Origin: Marsupella aquatica
Lineage: Eukaryota > Plantae > Marchantiophyta
Reading direction: 5' to 3'
NCBI GenBank assembly: GCA_973895155.1
Contig: OZ316894.1
Location: forward strand, 13,945,580 to 14,009,579
Length of the DNA: 64,000 bases
Shown here: one piece after another, positions 35,745-47,644 of the stretch
Position numbering within the stretch: position 1 is the first letter of the stretch
Layout of the letters: each line of letters opens with the position of its first letter
Made by a program: the position numbers and the translations under genes
The notes under the pieces: generated by a model
Database searches by the model: none
Told to the model about the DNA's origin: nothing
Seen by the model: the letters and a program-made list of their open reading frames with translations, nothing else

Positions 35745-36080
35745 CTCGACAGCCCAAGGGACATGGGGGCCTGGGGATTCGACCCTTTGTTGAGCAAGCT
35801 AGGTTCTGAACACATATCAAAAATCATTACAGGGGCCAACAGCAAATGGAGTAAGATGGCCCATGAGATCATCAGGAAGGGCTTAAATACGGCTATCTAT
35901 TGAACAAAGTCAGGGAGGATGGGTCAATAAGAGGACGTTGATCAGGTGCAACCTACAAAGCCAACACAGGGAATTTTACAGATTCTACCGATTGCTGCAG
36001 CAGTGTCTGGGACTCAACAATGACCCTTTCCAGAACTGCCAAAGGTGGCAATGGGAGTGGAAAAGGAGGAACAGAGGCTG
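35745..36080 (+). mobile_element. Possible LINE (L1-like) ORF2 fragment
   Basis: KGHGGLGIRPFVEQA resembles the post-RT PKxxGGLGI motif. Heavily decayed. Confidence 0.35.
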
Positions 36081-39000
36081 GATTACCTACTCCTTCTAGC
36101 ATATCCCCAAAACTAAAGATTATCCAAATTTGTAATTATCAGGTTATTACAATTCAACTCAAATTCTGGGAAATGTGGTTCACAAGAGTTTCAAAGACCA
36201 ACCTTGTGTTCCATGAGCGCTTCAAATTCACTAATTTTACCACACTAATTTGATGGGTGCCAACCTTTGCTCCAGTGTTTTCCTTCAAATTCACTAATCC
36301 TACCACACTAATTATACTCATTGTTAACACTAATGGCTTCCCAGTTACTTCGTTATTGCCATTGTGGCTAAAGATGGGTGCCAACCTGTATTCCAGCGTT
36401 TTCCTCATTCGCCATCGAGAGAAGTTCTTTTTTTTTAAGTTTTTGGATCCAATACCGTACACGCCTACTTAAAGTCGTGGGAAAGCAAATCATGGCTGCG
36501 AAGTAGGGCCAAAATATCGGAAGCTACAACATATCTTGTTTGGGATACACAACCCAAGGATGGCTATCGTCTTAGAAACCTGTTGCGTATTAACACATTA
36601 AACATGTCCATACATTCGTCTACGCTTGTGCCTTGGAATTTACAGTATGTATCCATCTTTCAACCACAACACGAAACCAAATTAGGTGCGAAACAGGTCC
36701 TGGGTTGTAGGTATCAGCTGAATGCACTAGTATTGTCATCCGGCTCAGCAATTTCACGAAGGGAAGTTTTTTGGTCTTCCCTAAGATATTCAGCAGACAA
36801 ATCAAGGCATAGCAGGACACATTGGATGATGTTTCGCAAAGGCCTAGTATGGTCGCCTGCCGTACGTTATTTCCACTCCATAGCCGCCAACAATTGCGTA
36901 TGACAAAGATCCATGTTTGAAGCACTAGATCCACTTTAACTGGTCGACCTAAACTCTAGCCTCCAAACTCATGATGTACAGCGCAAACGGGTATCCTATA
37001 TTTTTGCCGACTTTACTCGTGGCTGGCTTTGATTGGATAGCTTCTGACCTGCTTTCGTGTCTGCATACCAAACCGTCGCGGCACATTCCCGTGTTGCCTC
37101 CATACGAATCAAAACATACATTTGTGCAGAAATACCAATTAATCTTCTTGCGGACATCATGACAGCTTTGCATATTTGAAAGCCAGGCATAGTCCACTTC
37201 CAGTACCTATTAGTATCGCAGTGGTTCCGAAAATCTTGTGTCATTAATAACACTAACACTGACTCTATATCCCTGAGCCACTCCCACCTGAATCGTCCTT
37301 CATAAAATTGCAGTCATAGGCGTACAAATTATTCACAAGTGAATCCCCCCACCTTTTGCCTATGACAAATAGACAGATACACTTACTTGTGAGCATCCAT
37401 AATTTCCCAGGAACAGTATCATAAAATGACTATCATTCTACGAAGAGTTTCTGCAATACGTACGAAATCCAAGTAGGATCGGATTTTGATCCACAGTTTG
37501 GCAGAGGCAACACATTAACGGCCATTAAGCCCTGATCAAATACCTCCTGATATATTACACGCTTACTGTATGTGCTTCTCATATCGCTTGGCCTTCTCTC
37601 CACTTTGGTGATCAAAATATTCCACAGCTGCTGACCCAGCCAAAGCTACCAAGGTCAAAGCCTGCGCATGCAACCTGACAAGGCTAGAATAGTAAATGAC
37701 AGTATCTCTGGGCAGCAATCCTGACATAACATCCAGAACATGTAATACTGTCCGGCAGACTGTTGCATAGAACTGCTAAGAGGAGAGCTAAGGATTTCGA
37801 GATCACTATTCAACGTATGATCAAAGAATTCTAAGCTAGAAGAATATCGACGGGCATTGACTCATAACTGCTAACTCGTAAGACGGTACATGCAACTGTC
37901 GAGTTGTAAAACTGCATCAAGGCAGAGTCAGAAAGGATGGCGACTACTTCCAACATGAAAGAGTCAAAGAATATTTCTAGGCTGTAAAAGTCCGGGCATG
38001 CTTCGACAAGTAGTAGGGGAGAAGTCTTAGAAAGAGAGACTATGAATCTAGCACAAGAACTGTGAATGTTTGAATAGCAAGAAAACCAACTGATTCCAAC
38101 CTTGCGTGGATAACCTTAACACTCGTCTTCATGTTAGGGTTAGAAAAGTTGTACGCCAGAGAGCCAATGACAGATCCAGCCCACAAACCACCTGCATCCA
38201 TACCATTCACGTAATTACTATTCGAACCTCTTGGTTGAGGAGTTTCTTTTTCAATATGAGAGAAAACTCATCCCTCTTGCTCTCTCTCGCTCTCCGATAA
38301 ATTATCAAAGTACTCACTGTCAGAACACACAAGGACGACACAAAATGAACACCAAAACTGCAATTCCAATCTCCCGAACATGCGCGTCCATCTGCATGAG
38401 CTGCAATCTGTACAGAAATCTACATCTGCTCGGCCCTCAATTCTCTGAAATACCCTTATATCTCTCGCGCTCCCAATAAGGAGCAGAAGCGTTACAGTGA
38501 TGAGAGTCTTTACCGACAGCCTTCAGTTTGTTCGCCACAAACCATTTTCTGAGTTCAACAGACTTGCTCTCCTGCTCAGCCATTTCTTCGCTTGTACTTC
38601 TGCCTAATCCCGTATTTCGTCCGACAGCTCACCAATCAACAAATTCGGCGGAAAATCCAAGGCAACAGCAAAATCCACCTATGCTTTTGCGGTAAATTCT
38701 TCACAACCCGCTTTCGAACCAGGGACGCGACTCGCAGAAGCTTATCGCGCGCACTCGTCGACCACATACAGACCACATACAGACCCTGCTGATCTGCAGC
38801 ACTGCGATGAGATTTACCGCGAATTCGGATGTCCCACGATTTCTTCGTTACACAATACTGCTCTCCGCGAGCTCTGGCTCATGCAACTAAATGTTGCAGC
38901 GCCAGGTAGCAGGGTGGGTGAGGACATCACTTACCAGGCGACGTTGAGAGCTCACGCAAACGCAACGCCTGGTTCTGCTAAGTAGTCAATAATAAGATAC

Positions 39001-39239
39001 TTTCACGGACCAAAGTCACAAATAGACACGAATAATCAAAAGTCAAACAGACATGAAGAATCATGTTTTCCACAACATATAAACAAAAGTGTTCAAGTTT
39101 GATGCAAGGCAATGAAAAATAAGTAGACACACAAAGTGTAAAAAATCAAACAGTCCTGGGAATAAAAATCAAGACATTGAAAAGTAAATTTTAAACAACA
39201 AGATGTAACATAGTAAGCTATTTCATTTCTTGTCACTAT

Positions 39240-39565
39240 CGTTAAGAATTGAGGATAGTTCTCAAGTGTAGTTAGTTTATTGTCACTAGGGTTAGATGGT
39301 TACTCCTTGATCACCTTAGAGATAAGATTCACTTAGGCCCACACATCTTATTCTCATTGGAGGGGTATAGGTCAAAAGAAAAAGCATTCTCTTCATCAAA
39401 AGCATTCTCTTCATCATTTTCACATGTATACTCTTATTCTATGGATCATTTAGGAGCTACTCCAGTGTGGTGTCGCTATGGTTTAGTTTGAGATGGCACT
39501 CTCATGTTCCACGTTAGTGCTGCCTAGTTTGATCCGTATGGTATCTCACAAGTAATATCAGAGCT
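39240..39565 (+). repeat. Copia LTR relic with degenerate tRNA-Met PBS
   Basis: Similar to the LTRs at 23436 and 26117. Ends ..TCTCACA followed by AGTAATATCAGAGC. A further partial LTR lies at ~39716-39835. Confidence 0.6.
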
Positions 39566-40022
39566 TTTGGTTTTTGTGGTTTGGGAGGCTAGGCAGTGTG
39601 TTTGTTGTGTTGGACTGGTGTGAGATTGGATTGTTGTTGACTATTGTGTGGTTGTGTTTCATCGTGCTTAGCTGGAGGTTTGGTGTTTGGGTGCACAATT
39701 TCATTAGTTATTGATGTTAGGAATTGATTGGAGGTCACTGGTTCTAGTTAGTTTGGCCTTACTAGGGTTAGTTACCTTGGACTACATTCGGATAAGATCC
39801 GCTTAGTTTAGGCTCACACATCTTGGCCCCCTTGGCAGGTTTTTTTTTTAAATTTAATTTAAACTTTATTCCGCATGAACCCCACGGATGGGGGGAACCA
39901 ACAGGCCAAACGGCACATGGGCCAAAAAGACAACAAGGGATACAATCAAGCCCAAAAAGGATCATCATCCAAAAACTAGGGAGTTTATGACTAAGGAGAA
40001 ATGTCAACAAAAATGACAATAA

Positions 40023-41862
40023 TGTTAGATATTGCTCTAGTCTTGTGACTCGTGAGCTAACCACAATTAGTCTAACTCGGGTTAGGACTTAGCTAATGTT
40101 AGCGCTAGTGCGGTTGTGCATATAGCCAAAGCTGATGCCAGACCCTGGTGGAACTTAGGCTAATTGTTACGGAGCTAGTTGAGAGATAGGGAAAGCTTGT
40201 GCTGAGGAGTATAACTTGTTGTGAGATGGCGGGTAATCCCCTGCTCCTTACCATACGTTCCAAATTTCCCGGAACTGTATTCACCGTCGTTATCCGATCG
40301 AAGATATCTCACCTTATTACCAGTCTGATTCTCAACTTGGGCTTTCCACTCCTTAAAAGTGGCAAAAACATCAGACTTACTGTGTAGAAAGTATATCCAC
40401 ACATACCTTGAGTAATCGTCTATGAACGTGACATAGTATAACCGTCCAGAATGTGAGGGAGTAGGGGCTGGACCCCACACATCACTATGTACATACTCAA
40501 GTACCTCCTTGCTGGTGTGAGTTCCAACTCCGAAGGGTTTCCTGTGCTGCTTCCCAAGCACACAGTGCTCACAAAATTCCAACTTACAAGATTGCAAATT
40601 AGAAAGTAATCCTTTCTTCTGAAGAATAACCAAACCTTTTTCACTCATGTGGCCCAAATAGAAGTGCCATAGCCGGGCCGTCGATTGCACCTAAAATAGC
40701 TATTCTTGTTTATCTCTCGATTGGTTTCACTCATCAGGACTTTCAGAGAGGGTGGGAACGAAAATAAATAGATTTTGTCGCAAAACAGAAAGCGTTTATG
40801 CGCTCCTCATGAGATAAGGTTACATTGGCTTCATCATAGACTACACTGCCCTCCAAAATGTACAATAGTCGACAGGAGAGATACGTGGTTCACCTCCACA
40901 TGAGGCTACGTCCATGAAAACATACAAGAGCTTTACTGCACTCTAGGTCGACCGGCCATACCAAGCTTCCACTCAGTCTACTATAGAAGTTGAGTATGTT
41001 GCAGCAGCAGAAGCAGCAAAGGAAGCAATTTGGTTGGACAAGTTGATCGCGGAGATGGGTTTAGAGCATGGCAAAATGACTCTAAATAGTGATAGTCAGA
41101 GTGCTCTTCACTTGGCTGCTAACCAGGTGATGGATAACAGGGTGAAGCACATTGATATCAGGTACCATTTTATCAGGCAAGCAGTGTCTGATAAAACTTT
41201 TGAGCTAGTCAAGATTGATGGAAAGCTCAATCCCGCTGATGCCTTTACCAAAGTGATTCATTTGGAGAGTTTCTCAAGACACCGTGCTACTTTGCAGGTT
41301 TTGCAGTTGTAGTGCAAGTAGAGTTATTTAGCAATGTGTGACTATTTGTATATGGATTACTCATTCCTGTTAGGCTACGGCTTAGTTCTAGTTAACCCTT
41401 AGTTAACCCTTGTGGTTTTTAGGGGGAGACCTGGTTTGGTGATTGTCTAGAACTTCCCGCTGAGGATTCCATATGGTAGCATTTAGTCTAGTCCCCAAGA
41501 CAAGAATCAAGGGGGAGTTTGTTAGAATTGCTCTAGTCTTGTGATTAATGAGCTAACCATAGTTAGTCTAACTCGGGTTAAGACTTAGCTAATGTTAGCG
41601 CTAGTGCGGTTGTGCATATAGCCAGGGCTGATGCCAGACCCTGGTGGAACTTAGGCTCATTGTTATAGAGCTAGTTGAGAGATAGGGAGAGCTTGTGCTG
41701 TGCAAGCTTGGTATGGCCGGTCGGCCTAGAGTGCAGTAAAGCTCTTGTGTGTTCCCATGGACGTAGCCTCATGTGAAGGTGAACCACGTATCTCTCTGTG
41801 TTGACTATTGTGCGTTGGATGGTTCATGGGCTTGTCGTTGCAAATGTCGTCTATGCTCAACA
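40023..41862 (+). mobile_element. Deleted, internally inverted Ty1/copia element with TSD AATAA
   Basis: TG..CA ends with AATAA on both sides. 3' LTR 41520-41862 after a PPT. RNase H on the plus strand (SDSQSA..KHIDIRYHF), integrase on the minus strand (LWHFYLGH, VHSDVWG, LRSDN). Confidence 0.88.
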
Positions 41863-41869
41863 AATAACT

Positions 41870-44605
41870 TCTCAACGAGAAGTCTGTTAGAGTACTTATT
41901 GGATGCATTGGAAAGATCTTGAGGATGACTATATCCTCCTGATCTCAGCAGGGTCTGGGGGTGCCTTTGGGTCTCAAGGTTTGCGGGGGCTATCTTGCCC
42001 ACTTGCTAAATCCTGCTGAAACAACAGCCAAACCGCGTTCAGTTCTCCACATGAGCTTATGTTGGGGAAGCAATGATGAGTAGGCACGGGTGTTGAGGTC
42101 CATGTGCATTTGGCGCCTAGACTCTCAATTGGGTAGAACCTTAGAGATGGTTGCTAGAGTCAGGGCCAAAATGGTCCCAACATTTAGAACAAGCTTTGGG
42201 ACAAGCTAGCTTATTTGGGCCATGAGCATGTCCTGGGGGCAGGGCGGTAAGCCAATGACAAATAGGAAGTGGGGAAGCACGAACGGCACCCAAAGAGGGG
42301 TTGTTCAAGACAAACAATGGATGTCTGCTGTGGTTTTGGCTTATGGCAAGGTCATATGGGCCCGAGAGGTTCTATTTGCTAACCTACTTACAAAGTCTGT
42401 TGAACTTGAGTTGAGACACTAGTCTTGGAGTTGCTAGATCCTACAGGTTACTTACCTAGGTATTTGGTTGCTTGTGTAGATTGTGAGGACCGTTGAGATA
42501 TGGTCAAGTCAGGGAGCATGTGCAATTTTGTATGAGTGTTGTCGCCGGATGTGCTAGAGGTACCAAGTTACTTGCTCAAGGAGTTCTGTGAAGGCGTTTG
42601 GGCACCAAGGGTACTTCGGCAAGAGTGTTGGAATTGATGAGGGCGCGGGGTGGCAAGGTCCATCACTCTATAGCTATCCCTTTTGTGTCATTGTCAAATA
42701 TGCACACTAAAGGTTGTAACAGCTTGTTAACGTCTCCCCTGAGATGCGCGGCTGCCTACCCACTTCTAAGCAGGCAATTGCCCCTATATCCACCAACGCA
42801 ATGCTTGCATTGCCGGTAGAAGTTCCATTCACATAAACTAGCTTGTTAGGATTGATTATCTTAGCCTTAAGTAGTTTCTCACGCAACAACACCTTTTCCT
42901 CATAATGAATTTTCCCTACTAGAACCTCGTCAACGACTAAGGGGTTGGTTAGAGCAATACTTACCTTAATGCTCTTTTGCCCCGCATCTCCACCCGACTT
43001 GCTTCCATGTGTGGGGCATTCCTTGCTTTGATGGTTGGTCACGCCATATTTGTAACACAAGCCACTTGCTCGTCACTTCCGCATGAGCATGTCCCTCCTT
43101 GTTGAGGGATAGATTGGTCAAGTCGCGGAACTTGACTACCTTAACACTTAGCTCCGGCGTCGGTGACTCTGATGCCGAGCTCCCCTAATGACCCAGGCCC
43201 GGATAGGCCATCCGGGGAGGACTTAGCATGGGGAGACTTGTGGGCAATGAGACGTGGCACTAGCGAGGCACGGGGCCAAGCTTGGGACACACACTAAGGA
43301 CTTGGACTAGCCTATGGCTGGTTGGGTCAAGGGAAAATGGGCCGGGCTCAAGGGTGGCCGTCCGGACCATCGGATGGGCTTTGAGTTCTGAGGGCTTGGG
43401 AGTGAGCTCCTCTTGGGCCCAAGGCCAATGTAGTTGTTGCCATTGGCAATGGACGCTTGGGGCGCAAGTTGTGGCCCAATCCGGGTTGGGCCGGTCGGGG
43501 GCCCCGAGCGGCGATCAGACCTGAGGGCCTAGGCATGAGCACTGGGTTGGCCCGGTCACAACGGGCTAAGGCACTCCGCTTGCGGATGCCTATCAAGAAA
43601 GTTATGGGCGTTGTCAGTTGGTGGCGCGCCCATTATGCGCGATGGGATCCGGGTTGGGGGCCAAATGTTTAGGGACCAAAGCTAGTCTGGGGGTGGCAGG
43701 TCTCCAGAAGCATATATGAGGGGAGTGGTGTCTCCCTGGGGGCTAAGGGCGAGCCGAAGTCGTGAGCCGCGGCGGTCGCGACACTAAGGGAAACCGCCAA
43801 ACGGAAATGACGATATCTTCCTAACGGGAAGTCTGTTGGAGGACTTTTTAGGTGCGTTGGAAAGCTCTTGAGGAGGGTTACGCCCTTCTGAGCTCACCTG
43901 GGTCTTGGGGTACCATGGGTTCTCATGGTTTGCGGGTGTTAGCTCACCCGCTTGCCAAATCCTGCCGAACAGCAGCCAAGCCGCGTTCAGCCTCCCAAGG
44001 GAGCTTGCGTTGGGGGGGCAAGGCCAAGTAGGTAAGGAGGCTGAGTCCCAAGGGCGCTCGGTCCCTGGACCATCAGTGGGGCGAACCGGGAGCGGTTGTT
44101 AGAGTCGGGGCCATTCTGGTCCCGACGTGTTGAGACAAGCTTTAGGACAAGCTACGCTATTTGGGCCATGAGCATGTCTTGAGGTTAGGGCAGTCAATGG
44201 GTGATGGATAGGTACGAGGGAGAACTCGGGCCGCGCCCAAGGAAGGAGCTGTCCTGGACGGACAATGGGCGTGGGTTCTGGTTCCGGCTTATGGCATCGG
44301 GAGGACCTATCGCTAACCTATTTACCAACGTCTGTTGAGCTTGAGTTAGGATGCTAGACTTGGCGAGTTCTAGATCCGAAGGGGTTATTTACCGAGGTGC
44401 TTGGTTGCTTGTGTAGACAGTGAGGACCGTTGAGTAGCGGTCGTGTAGGTGAGCAAGTGCGGCTTTGTATGGGAGGGGCCGCAGGTGGTGCTAGAGGCAC
44501 TTGGATGCTTTCTCGAGGTATTCCGTGGAGGCGTTCGGGCACCAAGGGCACTTAGGCGCATGTGCTGGGCTTGGTGAGGACGCTGGGTGGCAAGGTCCAC
44601 CACTG
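41870..44605 (-). mobile_element. Degenerate gypsy-like relic: two diverged ~0.78 kb direct repeats around a gag-knuckle/protease fragment
   Basis: ~41870-42665 resembles ~43820-44605. CYKYGVTNHQSKECP and IALVDIGA lie in 42707-43060. Confidence 0.55.
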
Positions 44606-44609
44606 GTCA

Positions 44610-46390
44610 TGAGGTGCATGACCGGAGAGAAGAAGTTGCTCCAATTATGGAGTTGGTTCCTGTGCCAGAGGAACCAGAGGAGTTTATTGATGCTGCTGAG
44701 CTTCAGATTGTACCAGCACACGCAAATCAACTAGAGTCATCGGCTAGAAGAACATCTGGTTGCACTGTACGCACTCCACCAAGGTATGGACAGTGGGTTG
44801 ATTCATCTCAGTTGCAAGAGGAGGATTTTATCACTGACAATGAGGGTGATGCGTTGATTTGCCTTCTTCATTTCATGAGGCAAGTGCTTATAAGGAGAAG
44901 CAGGAGTGGGCTGCAGCAGTGCAAACAGAGATGCAGTCACTCAAGGACAACAAAACTTGGGAGCTTATCAAGTTGCCCAAGGGACAACAAGTGGTGGACA
45001 GCAAGTGGATATACAAGCTGAAGGATCAATCCATGGGAGATGGATCAAAGGTCTACAAGGCTAGGTTGGTAGCCAAAGGATTCACACAGAAAAAAAGTGT
45101 GGATTACAATGAGGTCTTTTCACCAGTTGCTAACTAAGTACTCTACAATACGGCTATTGTGTGTGCTTGTTATTATGTTTGGTCTGCTGCTAGATCAGAT
45201 GGATGTTGTCACAACTTTCCTCTATGGCACCTTGGAAGAGGTGATCTTCATGAGACAGCCGCTAGGTTTTGTGAAGAGAGGGCAAGAGGATTTGGTTAAA
45301 TTAATCTATTCATTAAAAGTGAATTATTATTCAATTTATGAACATTTGGGCAATAGAAACTGTACATTTGGCCTTCAAAAAGTGTACAATTGGGCAAGAA
45401 GTAAAGTTGATGGGCATCAGATGTACCATCATGTTCATCCTTTGTAAATGAACTAGGATGAGACTCCTTCTAGTCAAGATCATTTTTGTCACCTCAAGTT
45501 TACAATTGATCATATAGGTAAGAGTATTATACCATAGTGTACCTTCAGGGTTTAAAAAGTGTACATTTAGAGACCTAAAAGTGAACATTTAGAGGCCTAA
45601 AAATGAACAAAATAAAATATACTTTTAATGAATAGGGTGACTTTGCAAACTACTAAGATCCTTGTACGGGTTGAAGCAGTCACCAAGACAGTGGAATAGG
45701 CGGTTTGATGATTGGATTTGTCCACAAGGCTTTCACAAGAGTATGTTTGACCCTTGTTTGTATCTTAAACTGACGAAGAATGTTATCTTTGGTTTCATTG
45801 TTTTAGTACTTTATGTGGATGACATGCTTATTGCGGCCAAGGATAGGTCTGAGATTGTTAAGCTCAAGGCACTATTAAGTGCAGAGTTTAAGATTAAGGA
45901 CTGAGGGTCAGCTAAGAGGATTTTGGATATGGAGATCACTACATTTTTGGAGGCTGGTAAGCTATGGTTGACGCAGAGCAGTTATGCGAGGAAGGTAATT
46001 GCAAGGTTCAACATGGGGATAGCAAGCCAGTAAGTACCCCGTTGGCTCCACACTTCAAGTTGTCATCAGCTTTCGGTCTTACGGAGGAGACACAGAAGGG
46101 GCTGATGTCAAAGGTTTCTTATGACAAGGCAGTGTGGAGTCTCATGTATTTGATGACTTGCACTAGACCTGATCTTGCCATGGCTATGGGCAAGGTGAGC
46201 AGGTACATGTCAAATCCAAGGAAGGTACACCGGGAAGCAGTAAAGTGGATTATTCGGTACTTGAAGGGTACCGTTAATCATGGTCTATTGTTTGATGCAC
46301 ATGCTAATAATCCTATATCATTGAAGGGCTATGTAGATGCTGACTATGCACAGGATCTGGATTGGAGGAGGTCAACAACAGGTTATCTCG
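44610..46390 (+). pseudogene. Degenerate copia RT to start of RNase H, interrupted by a MITE
   Basis: YKARLVAKGF, QMDV, LYGLKQSPRQW, LYVDDML, TRPDLA, YVDADYA. Confidence 0.85.
45298..45643. mobile_element. MITE-like insertion with imperfect TIRs
   Basis: CTATTCATTAAAAGT ... ACTTTTAATGAATAG. It splits RT between EDLV and CKLLRSLYG. Related sequence at ~23790-23950 and ~24640-24750. Confidence 0.75.
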
Positions 46391-46599
46391 GGGGGTTAAC
46401 TAAGTGTATATTTTGGGGTACCAGGTGCGATCCTAGCATAATATAAATAGACCTATTTTATTAAGAAAATATTCCAAGAATATTCTCTATTTTCAATATT
46501 AATAACCTATTTTACTTTATAAAAGGTATATATTAGATAATATTCTATAAACATAAGTTTATAATACCTTCTTTTGCCTCTTACACTTTTTAAAAATTT

Positions 46600-46902
46600 A
46601 GTTAAGACTAACCTTAGTCGCAGACTTGGTTAGGTTAGTCATGTTGTGCACACTCTATACCCAAGCGGTGTTTGCTTGGAGAGTGTGGACTCAGGCTCAT
46701 TGTTACGGAGCAAGCTGAGAGATAGGGAGAGCTTGTGTTGTGGATGCTTGGTATGGCCGGTCGGCCTAGAGTGTAGTAAAGCTCCGGTGTGTTCCCGTGG
46801 ACGTAGCCTTATGTGGAGGTGAACCACGTATCTCTCTGTGTTGACTCTTGTGCGTTGGATGTTTCATGAGCTTATCGTTGCGATTGTAGTCTATGCTCAA
46901 CA
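46600..46902 (+). repeat. Copia LTR (same family as 41520-41862)
   Basis: Shares GCTTGGTATGGCCGGTCGGCCTAGAGTG and the ..CTATGCTCAACA end. Confidence 0.75.
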
Positions 46903-46939
46903 AAAACAAGGTATTGTATAATGCAAGCAAACAAGAATT

Positions 46940-47350
46940 TTGTTAGCTATGAGAGTGTTGTTAACAAGACACTAGTGATTTTAAATTTCTTTTGCTTTTT
47001 GTTGCCTTTCATATATTTTGTGTTTTTTTTTGAATCCATATGGCTAGCTAGTTGCTAGCAAAAAGATGAGTCCCAAAAAATGTATGTTATCAACCAGGTT
47101 CTTGTTTTAGCAAGGCAATTGGAGATAGAAAAAATATATTTTGCTTTTTGCTGCCTTTTGTTAGCGATGAGAGTGTTGTTAACAAGACACTAGTGATTTT
47201 AAATTTCTTTTGCTTTTTGCTGCCTTTTATATAATTTGTGTTTGTTTATGAATCTATATGGCTAGCGAGTTTGCTAGCAAAAAGAGTAGTCCCCAAAATG
47301 TATGTTATCAACCAGGTTCTTGTTAGCTAGGCAATTGAGATAGAAAAATC
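46940..47350. repeat. ~220-bp tandem duplication upstream of OBGM
   Basis: GAGAGTGTTGTTAACAAGACACTAGTG...ATCAACCAGGTTCTTGTT...GATAGAAAAA present twice. Confidence 0.8.
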
Positions 47351-47644
47351 AGGGGCCATGTGAGTAAAAATTTTGCTCATGCTAGTAGATTTTTTCTGTT
47401 TCCTCGCACATCACAATAACCCAGTCAAAAAGCACACAATCAGGTACAGTAGCTCTGCAATGCTATTTGCATAATATGTTCTCAAAAGTCACTACTATGG
47501 GAGCAGGATGGCATTGCGACTGTGTTTTCGAGCACACTTAAAGTGGAATGGCTGGTGATCCCTCCACCGTTTTTCGAGACTAGAGATTTACTGAGCTTAC
47601 GCGCCTACACATGTACGAATCCGAATGTCCATTGTTCGGACAAA

